DNA from: a virus
IMG/VR virus record: IMGVR_UViG_3300037882_002000
Span: 1 to 59,960 of that record
Length of the DNA stretch: 59,960 bases
Direction: 5' to 3' (one strand)
Part shown: positions 1 through 10,100 of the stretch, piece by piece
Numbering within the stretch: position 1 is the stretch's first letter
Layout: each line of letters opens with the position of its first letter
The notes under the pieces: model-generated
What the model saw: the letters and a program-made list of their open reading frames with translations, nothing else
Database searches by the model: none
Told to the model about the DNA's origin: nothing
Made by a program: the position numbers and the translations under genes

Positions 1-39
1 GCGGACGCTTCAGCAACCAAAGGAAGCGCAAACGTAAAC
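1..39. repeat. 39-nt exact copy of 59922..59960 (terminal overlap of a circularly closed contig)
   Basis: Bases 1-39 (GCGGACGCTTCAGCAACCAAAGGAAGCGCAAACGTAAAC) are identical to the last 39 bases of the window. One reading frame runs in phase through both copies. Confidence 0.95.
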
Positions 40-231
40 CTTTATGCAAATGCGAGTAACACCAAGGCTGAAGGTGATACCATCGGGAAGCTCGCTAACG
101 CAGTGAGTAACGCGATAAAGACAGGCAGCCAAGGCACACCCGCCACTGGTGGGGCCGTCACCGCACCGTGGAAAGCCAACAGTAATGCCTCGTCCAGTAC
201 ATACAACGGCAACACATATTACGATTATTAG
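1..231 (+). CDS. C-terminal part of a junction-spanning ejection-module protein (same gene as 58941..59960; bases 1-39 are the duplicated overlap)
   Basis: Frame 1 is open from base 1 to TAG at 229-231. It continues exactly the frame of the ORF that starts at ATG 58941 and is still open at 59960. The joined gene is 1,212 nt (403 aa). It is absent from the ORF track because it is split by the window edge. Confidence 0.8.
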   Translation, partial: ADASATKGSANVNLYANASNTKAEGDTIGKLANAVSNAIKTGSQGTPATGGAVTAPWKANSNASSSTYNGNTYYDY

Positions 232-239
232 GAGCCGCC

Positions 240-1136
240 ATGACTTCCTCCCTCATGAAAATCGCCACCGTAAACCCTCAGTTTCTTGCGAACACCCCCA
301 ACCCTGGCTTCGCTGATAACAACATCGCTGCGAATAGTATGTACGACCGGAGCGATAAAGACCGGCAGTTCGGTGCGCAGCAGGACCAACGGGAGTCCGA
401 AAAAGAGATAAAGGCCATGGAGGCGATGCTGAAGAACCCGCAGCAGGCGCAGGCTATTGCCCAGTCCTACGGCGTGCAGATCACCCCTGAGATCGAAGAT
501 ATGCTGACCCAGCCGCAGGTTGCGCAGCAGATGAGCGAAGCCTTAAAGCTGGCCAAGGATGCGGGACTTGACCGTTATCAAAGTATTCAGGAATTCGTGA
601 CAGGTTATATGCAAAGCGGTGGAGACCCGATGCAGGCCATGGAAGCGGTAACTGACAAAAGTTCACTAAAAGAGGTGTACTACAATACCATCGCCAACCG
701 TCCGGGTAGAGGTGGAACTTCAAACCCATTCGGTCCTGGCAGAGTACAGCAGCCTGACGGAAGTGTAATCGACTACACCAAGGGTATCGTATATGATACT
801 AAGGGCGGCGCCAAACACATAACAGGCCCAAACGGTAAACCGATTATCCCACCAAAGGCTGGTAATTCATTGGCGGATGTACTGGGTGATGGCGGTGCAG
901 CCCCAGAAGCTGGTGGTGACCTAGATGGTACGCAGCAGCCAGAATTATCACCGGAAGCGCTGGAGGCTCTCGTCAAGAAGCACACTGGTAAATCCATTCA
1001 GATGCTCCAACTGGAGCGTGATAGAGCGGCTGGGGGCGTACAAACCCCCGCCCCAGATATAGCAAGCCCACCCGAAGGGTTGTTGCAGCACGAAACCCAG
1101 CCGTATGTTCCCGATGATTATGATTATGGAGATTAA
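240..1136 (+). CDS. hypothetical internal virion / ejection-module protein (298 aa, Gln/Gly/Pro-rich)
   Basis: ATG follows AGGAG by 5 nt. The gene is tightly packed between two other ejection-module genes and directly upstream of the giant gene. No recognisable catalytic motif. Confidence 0.75.
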   Translation: MTSSLMKIATVNPQFLANTPNPGFADNNIAANSMYDRSDKDRQFGAQQDQRESEKEIKAMEAMLKNPQQAQAIAQSYGVQITPEIEDMLTQPQVAQQMSEALKLAKDAGLDRYQSIQEFVTGYMQSGGDPMQAMEAVTDKSSLKEVYYNTIANRPGRGGTSNPFGPGRVQQPDGSVIDYTKGIVYDTKGGAKHITGPNGKPIIPPKAGNSLADVLGDGGAAPEAGGDLDGTQQPELSPEALEALVKKHTGKSIQMLQLERDRAAGGVQTPAPDIASPPEGLLQHETQPYVPDDYDYGD

Positions 1137-1144
1137 TAAATCCC

Positions 1145-4100
1145 ATGGTAAGCACCAATAATCCCACAGAGGACATGATAAAGGAGCTTATTGCTTCTGG
1201 TGACCTCGATCCCGCTACCCTGGAGCAGGACTCACCATTCACTGACCTCAATACCTCCCCTGATATTGTAAGTTATCGGATTCCTTCCGAGACTGCGCGA
1301 AAGATCGCGCCTACGCAGGACACCGCGCCTGCCTTCCCCCCTTCTTTTGAACTCGCTGACAACTCCCTCAGGCAGCAAACCGCTGTTTCTCCGTCGGTTA
1401 CTCCTCCTGTTGAAGATGAATACGGGAAAGTCAGAAGACTTGTCAAAGCCCGTTACGGCGTTGATCTTCCTGATGCTCCCGCCGCAACCGAGCAACCACC
1501 CGAAGAGCCGGAAGTTGATTACGAGGTGGTCCGTCAGCAGGCGAAACAAAAGTACGGTATTGATCTCCCACCACTTTCCAGCAGCTTCACCTCCAGCGCG
1601 AAGGCTTTTGGCCGTAGCGTGGTAGAGAGTAGTGCTGAATCACTTCTGAAGGGTCCAGCTGAGGTTGGTACGTTTGTAGCGAACTCAGGTGATATAAACA
1701 CAGTCTCTAGGGCGCAGTCGGTTCTGGATGCCTTTGACAAACTCGATGAAGACCGTCTACCAGAGGGCACCGGCGATCTCTCGTTTGAGGCGCAGAACGC
1801 CATCTATTACTACAATAAACTCTTGAATGATCCGTCCGTTCCACTTGAAGACCGTATCAGTAAGAAAGAGCAGCTACGGGAAAAATGGGCGGGGAAACTC
1901 TTATCATCCACCTCATCCGTAGAAGGCGCGGCGGAGAGGCTACAAGAAAATCCCTTGATGCAGGCTGGTGAGCGAGTTGATGAGTGGAAAGAAAGCTCCA
2001 TGCCGATGACGGAGGAGGAACAGGGTAGAACTTCCAGTAAACTCGCTGGCGCTATCGGTTCAGCAGTTCCAATGTTGGCGACTGGAGTTGCAGGGAGCGC
2101 CACGCGCATTCTTGGAAAATCCGCGATTACTCGCGGTGCTGGTAGCCTTCTTCAGAAATCCATGGTGCCGCAAGGTATGGTGAGTCAGGCTTCTATCGGG
2201 TATGATGACGCTATAGAATCTGGCGCGAGTCCATCCCAGGCGCTTACTTCTTCCGGTGCAAACTTCCTTATCGGTGCCAGTGAAGGTGTCCCTATTGGTA
2301 GAGGTATCGAGCGCGGGCTTGACGCAGCGAAGGATTACTTCCGTATGGCACGCAGTGCAGGCTTGAGCGTTGAAGAATCTCTTCCTGGTGCGATTAGTTA
2401 TTACGGAAAAGCAATAGCCTTACAGGCCGCCGAGGAAGGCGCGCAGGAAGGTGGTAGCCAGGCTGCTTCAAATTATGTGGCTTCAGATATCGCCGGGTAC
2501 GATCCAGATAGGAATATACTGGAAGGCACCGGTGAGGGCGCGGCTACTGGCGGCGCGGTAGGCGGTCTATTCGGTGCAGTTGGTGCTTTCGCTGGCCGTA
2601 GAATTCATAAAGCGCGCACCCACGCACAAACTGGGCAGCCACTACCAGGCGAGGAATCCGAAGATCCCGCCACTCCACCGCCACCGCCTGGTGCCCCAGG
2701 ACAATCCCCAGCAGCTTCAGTGGATATCATCCCAGAAGACCAACTAGAGCCTGATGTGCAGGATAAGATTCAGAGCATCGACGATGTGATTAACCCACCG
2801 AGTGAGAAGTACCCCACGAAGGTCACCATCCCGAACCCTGAGGTTAAGTTGCCGCCGGTGACGCAGCAGGAGATCGATGATCTGGTGTTTGACGAGATAC
2901 CGTCGGAAGCACCCACTGCCCCTGAAGAGCCGCAGGTTATACCGCAGATCGACGCTGAAGGTAATACAGTAGGACAATCATACTTTGAGCCGGACACTCA
3001 GTACAGTGAGCCGATTACACCGGAGCGCACCCTCCAGGATATCATAGCCAGCAGGAAGCCAGTCCGTGCTAACACAGCAGAAGATGTGGCGATTGCAGGC
3101 GTGCGCGCGGCCACATCCCCCCTCAACGATCAAGCCGAACCCACTGAAGCACAGAAGCGCGAAGGAAATTATAAAAAGGCGCACATCAACGTCCAGGGTT
3201 TAAACATCACCCTTGAGAATCCGCGCGGCAGCACTCGCTCAGGAATGGATGAGGCTGGTAACCCATGGTCAACCACTATGGAGCACGACTACGGCTACAT
3301 CAAAGGCACCACCGGCAAGGACGGGGAGCACGTTGATACCTATATCGGGCCAGAGCCGCAAGCCACCACCGTGTATGTATTCGACACCAAGAACCCCACT
3401 ACTGGTAAATTCGACGAAGCAAAAGTCTTTATAGGATTCAAGAGCCGTGAAGAAGCTGATGTGGCCTTCGGTAAAGCGTACCCCGGCCAGGCAGCCGAGA
3501 GATTCATGGGTGCTGCTGAGATGGATATGCCACAGTTCAAACGGTGGGTGAAGTCAGGCCGTGCACGTCAACCAATAACTAAGCAGCCAAAACCTACGGC
3601 AGCTGCACCAAATGTAGCTGTAAATGCACCAGTAGGTCAGCAAACTGCACAAGTAACCACCCAAAAGCCCCAAGTAGCTCCACCTTCGTCAACCGCCCCA
3701 GCCATCGAGCAGGGGCAGCAGAAGTCACTTGAAGTGATGAAGCAAGCGGTAGAGCCGCAGACCCCCGGCCCAGTGATCGAGATGAAGCAGAGGAAGCGGC
3801 CAACCGGCAAAGGAAAGCCGAAAGACCTCCTCCGGTTCATTGCTTCCATCGGCGGCATCCAGGATGAACGTGGAGACCTCAGAGACCTCAGGGATGTGTT
3901 TATCCCAGGCCATGGCAAGTTGATCCGCGATAATGGCGTGCAGGCGGACTACGCACGCGAGGCAGCGCAGGAAGCTGGATATGAAGGCGCGGAGGAACTC
4001 AGTACATTCTACGAAGCCCTATATGAAGCCCGGCGTGGTAAGGCCCACTACTCCAGCCGCGATCAAGGTCGCGGTGTCGAGCAGGACGTTACCAAGATGG

Positions 4101-7100
4101 AAGCAGCAAAGTCCAATCCACTCAGAGAGGCCGTTTATCAGCAGGCTGAAAACCTTGGTATTGATGCGGTAGGTAAGTCAGCGGAGGATCTTGCTGTTGA
4201 GATTGCTGAACGCGAATCAATACAGGCTGATGGCGCACATTCAGAAGAAGCCATGGAGGAAATCGCCTCACAGGCGCAGGATTATCTCCATGCCTACTTA
4301 GAGGAAACCGCCACCGAGTACGATAGTATTGAAGTTGCAGAAGAAAGTGATATACCATGGGGTGATGAAAATGGACGTGAAACAGAAACTCGATCTTCAG
4401 ATCAAGAGGAAGGAATTTCTCGAAGCGAAGGCGAAGGACAAGAACCTGACGGAGGAGCAGAAGAAGCACTTCCAGAACGCGATCAAGATACAGGGGTTCG
4501 CAGTAGTGGCGGGGAAGAAAGCGGTGCGGTACGCCAACAGCCAGAAGGCGAAATAGAGCAGACCGCAGCCGGTGAGCAGCGAGTGATCGCAGGTGCATCA
4601 AAGATCACCCAAAAAGAACAAGCCGCCAGAGGCGCAGAGAAGCCGCTGAAAGCGAAAGTAGCCCAGAAGGGTATGCAGGGGGCGACCAACCTCTTTGACC
4701 AGTCTGAGAACCAGGAGCAAGACCTTTTTCGTGAGCCTACGAAAATGGTATCCGATGCAACCACCACGCCTGCAACACCAGCCCCTGTAGAGCCTAGTGT
4801 TTCTGAAAGCCAAACTCCTTACTCCCTGGAAGAGCATAAGCGGAATCGCTCAAAGTTAGACACCGGGGAGTTCTCTGCTGAGGAAGTCCGAGGCCTGTTC
4901 GCTCGTGCGATGGAGGGCCGTGCCGCTATCATGGAGTCAATGAAGAAGCTCACCAAAGAGCAAATCGGAAAAGAGTACGGGGTTCATAATGGTGCGTATG
5001 GCCGTAGCTCAACCAAAGAATGGTTGATGAAACAGGCATTCGACAGGATGCTCTCAGACTTCTACTACGGCGAGTCCTTTATGTGGTCACCACTCACCGA
5101 GACAGTGCAGACTGCTTATGAGCGGCTTATAGCCGCACAAACGGATGCGGATATAGCGGAAGGGGTTAAGAGCCGAGAAGCTGCAACTACACGGGCAAAA
5201 GAGATAGTTGAATCCGTAAAACGTAGCCACACCGACCCCCAGACATTGGGCGAGTATCATGCCTTTATTCGTGAATATGGTATTGGGAAACTAAGTGATG
5301 AGCAGTTGGCGAAGTATGATACCCTTTCCACAAGTGCCTCCCTGGAAGCTAAGAAACAGAAGAAACAGCAGCAGGCGGTGGTAAAAGGTGTTGAGACTCC
5401 AGCCGATATCAGCACCGAAATAATTGAGACCAAGCACACCAAAAAAGGCACAGACCTCTTTGTTGTACGCCTGAGTGATAGAGTTGAGCGCGATGTTTAT
5501 AATACCCTGAATTCCACTGCCAAAAGGCTTGGTGGGTATTACTCTTCATTCCGTGGTGCAGGTGCTACCCCTGGGTTTCAGTTCCCCACAAAGTCTTCTG
5601 CCGAATCCTTTGTCGCCGCCAGTAAAGGCGAAACCGTCACCTCCGAGAAAGGCCAGAAACCAGAAACCCGCGCCGAGAAGCTCCGTGCTACTGGTCAGGC
5701 GATGATTGATCGAGGTGAAGAATCTCTTGGGCGCGACCGCCAACAGAACACCGCCCGCCGCGCAACAATGGCGGCTGGTGCAGAAGCCAACGCAGCTGCC
5801 GAGATTGCTATGGGTAGAACCTTGCAGGCCATCGGGCAGCGAATAGAAGAAGGCACCGCCGGAGTGCTGGAGGATATTTCGGCTAGGACAGAAGTTGAGA
5901 CACTTAATGGCCTGATGCGTCAGGCGATGTACTCTTCAGACCGCTCCAAGACTGGTTTAAACCACGACGAGCGCGAGAAGCTGCGTAACCGACGATTCGA
6001 TGAATCTGACTCGCGGCAGGTGAAATACCCATACCCAAGTTTCCACGTTGATAATATTCCAAGAATCGCCGGTGAACTAGAGAAGAAGGCTGGCTATAAG
6101 CTGCTGGCACAGCACCTGATGAAGCTGCGTAAAGAGGCTCTAGCTAAAAAAGAGAATGACGTGCAGGTGCGCGATCCTAAGTACATCCTTAAGGTCAAGG
6201 AAGCTGCGGAGCAATTTGAACATACGATGGGCTGGGTGGCCGAGCAGGGAGTTGCAGACTATCTGCGCGTCCAGCGTCTGGGTCTCACCAACCTTCCATT
6301 ACTCCGCCAGGCGGTAAGAGAATACGCCAATCTACTCGCGGGCAAACCAAAGGTAGATCCGATAAAAGAGGCTGAGAGAAAACTCGCTGGCGTGAAGTAT
6401 GATGGATACTTTCCTACCCCGCCAGCCCTTGCTGAACGTATGGCCGAGGAACTTGATATAAAGCCGTCACACCGTGTGCTTGAACCTTCAGCAGGTAAAG
6501 GTTCCCTCATCGAAGCTGCTATAGCTGGCGGAGCGCGGGTTGTGAATATCGACGCTTTGGAAGCGGTAGCCGCTCTTCAAGATATACTCCGCCTCAAAGG
6601 ATTTAATGTTGTGGGTAGAGACTTCCTGGAGCACGAAGGCCAGTACGACCGCATTATAATGAACCCGCCTTTTGAGAATGGTCAGGATATAGAGCACGTC
6701 CAGCACGCCTACACCCTTCTTCCTGAGGGCGGTAAGCTGGTTGCGATAATGTCCGAGGGGCCGTTCTTCCGTGGTGATAAAAAAGCCACAAGTTTCAGGG
6801 AGTGGCTGGATACTGTCGGCGGCACATCGGAGAAACTACCGGAGGGATCATTCAAAGATAGTGATCGCTCCACCGGGGTGGCCACGCGGCTGGTGGTGAT
6901 TGAGAAGCCTTCAACAGGCGAGGTGAGGTTCAATAAATCCACCAACGAGAAGATCGACACCACAGGCTTTGTGGCGGACAAGAAAAAGCTCTTCCAGTAC
7001 GATCCCTCCCAGGAGTTTAATGAGCAGCAGGAAGCTCTCATGGAGGAAGTGGAGAGTCTGGCGCAATCGATCTTTGGTAATAAACTCAACCTGCGCTTCC

Positions 7101-10100
7101 TTCGTAAAATGGCGACGATGGATAGTGAAGAGGTATTTGGAGCCTACACCAGGGAGAGGTTCTCCAATGCCCTTGCTCACTTTGCCTCAATTTCCCTATC
7201 GGATCAAAAGGACGGTAATATCTGGAAGACAATGGGGCATGAAGGCTTGCACTTCCTGAGGTGGACGGGTGCTATTCCCGACCATTTATGGCAGGTACTG
7301 GAGCAGAAGGCGAAGTCGGAGTGGATAAAGAATTTCAACATCAAAAAGCGATACGAGAAGCACTTCCGGGATCATGTAAAATCCGACGGGACTAAGCTCA
7401 CCGAGGCTGAAGTCCAGGAGGCTTTAATCGAGGAGGCTATCGCTGAGGCTTTAGGTGAACACGTTAATGGTAACCGTGCCAAAGGTGCGATTGCTATCCT
7501 ATTCGATAAGATAAAGCGGTTCTTTGATGGTGCCCGTAGGTGGTTGAACAAGGAGGGATTCCACACAGCCGATGATATTATAGCCAAAATAGGGCGCGGT
7601 GAATTCAAACAGGATGGCGGTGTCTCTGCGGTGGTAACGACTGAAGGTGATGAAGACTCCGCAAGTTTCCAGGCGGCGTATCATGGCTCTCCGTACAAAT
7701 TTGATAAATTCACCCTTGATCACATAGGTGAGGGAGAGGGCGCACAGGCTTACGGCTGGGGGCTGTACTTCGCAGGAAACAAAGAAGTTGCGGAATTCTA
7801 CAGGAGTAAGCTCGTTAAGGGATTTTATCCAACTATCAGTGAGCTAGAATCCTGGTTCAAACCTGGTCGCGTGATCAAGGGTATGGGTGGCTACGATAAG
7901 GTGATCTCTTTCAATAAAGTTGGGAAGGATGACTGGTCTGTTACGGTGATAAGAAGCGACAAGGATGGTAATCCCAGTAAGTTTGAGAAAGAGCGGACTC
8001 ATCACACCGTTCCGTTGGATGCCGACCTTGACGCATTTTTGGGAGGGAATCGTAAGCCCCGTGGAGAATTGTACAAGGTTGATATACCCGATGATAGCGA
8101 GCTCCTTCTTTGGGATAAGCCACTCAGTGAGCAGTCGGAAGCAGTAAAGGCAGCACTAGAAGCGGCTTCTGATCCCGTTGTGTCTGCGCGCATGAGTAAA
8201 ACACTGGGTAAGCCAGTTTACGCGATAGGAAGTGGGTATTTCGATCTCAACACAAAAGCCCGCAATTTTTACGATGAACTCTCACTTGATATGCACACCA
8301 AGCGAACGATGTCCTGGGGTGAGGAGGTGAAAGTTAAAAATGACAAGGCGGTTTCAGAGTTTCTGAATTCTCACGGCATCAAAGGCATTAAGTATCTTGA
8401 TGGTGCCAGCCGCACTAAAGGCGAAGGCCACCACAATTATGTAATCTTTGACGATGCTGCAATAAAGATCCTAGATACACACTCCAACGCCCAGGACTCC
8501 GGGGTGATGTTCCAGCGCGGCGGTGGTAAACTCACTCCGCAGGAGCAGAGGAAGAAGAAATACAGCGAAACAATCAGTGACAAGCGGCAGGAAAGCGCGA
8601 TAGACAACTCGTTCTCTTATCCTGACGAGAATATCATAGAGACTCTCTTCGACGAGAATAAGTCCATCTTTGACCCAGCTACATTCACCGGCGCGGTAAA
8701 GGGGAGTTTTTCTAACTTTAAGCGTAAGCTCCAGGAGCGGATGCAGGGCTTTAAGGATATCCAGACCGCGATTGAGAAGACTATCGGAGAGAAACTTCCT
8801 GAATCTGAGAATGTCTACCTCATTGAAGAACTCTACAGCAGCCGGGTTGGTGGCAAGTTTGATGTACTCGAACACAAAGTGAAAGAGCCTATCACAAAGC
8901 TCCTGGCGGATATTCAGTCAAAGATCAAAGACAAAGTAACGGACGGCAACGCTATCGACCAGGTGGAAGCCTTTATGATGGCACTGCACGCGCCAGAGCG
9001 GAACGCGCACATAGCCGAGAAGAACCCTAAATTTAAGGATGGCGGCGGCTCCGGTATAACCGACGCTGAAGCAGCCGCGATCATCGAAAAGGCAAAGGAG
9101 CAACCGTACTTTGAGCAGATGAAGGAAGCGGCGGCGATGGTGCGTAAGATGCTCGATCAATCTCATGAGTTAAGGTATAGCTCCGGGTTGATCTCAAAGG
9201 AATCCTACTTTGAAATAAAGGATATGTATAAGAACTACTTCCCGCTACGCGGCTTCCAGGAGGTTATTGGCAAGGACGACAACGACACCGGGCAGAGGCG
9301 CGGCAAGGGGTACGATGTACGAGGCGCGGAATACCGGCAGGCTTTCGGACGAAAGTCGCGTGCAGCGAACATCCTCACACACTCTTTCGCCATCGCTGAA
9401 GAAGTGATTATCCGCAGCGAGAAGAACCGGGTGGCCAACACTCTCCTCAACCTCGTGCTGAAGTACAAGAATCCCGATGTGTGGGAGGTGAACGAAATGG
9501 AGATGAAGCCGGTGGTGAACGCTGAAACCGGCCTCGTGGAATACCGCCCACAGATGGTGAACGACAAGCACCGCCCAGAAGATACCGTGCTCTATGCGAA
9601 GCGGAAGGGGAAAGCCTACCGTATTCACCTTAAGGATCATCGCCTGGGTAAGGCCATCCGCAACATGGATATGGACGACTCCGGTGCATTTATCAACATG
9701 ATGGGTATTGGAAGCCGATGGATCGCTTCAACCAATACCAGATATAACCCAGCTTTTGTGGTAACGAACGCGCAGCGTGACCTTATCGCCGCGTCGATCA
9801 ACCTTCAGCAATATGATATCCCTGGTCTTTCGACTAAGGTGCTAAAGACTTATCTCAAGGCGGCAGCTGGCGTGTATGGTGGCTTGCATGGTAAGGAAGC
9901 CACATACTGGCAGAAGATGCACCAGGAGTTCATTCTGGCTGGTGGTAAGGTGGCATTCAACGATATGGCAAGTATCCGGGACAGACAGAAGAAGCTCTTG
10001 AAAGAGATGAAACTACTCCAGGGTGGTGGCGTTAATAACACCCGTCGTGGATTCCGCGCTTTGATCAACTTAGTCGGTGATGCGAATGATACCGTGGAGA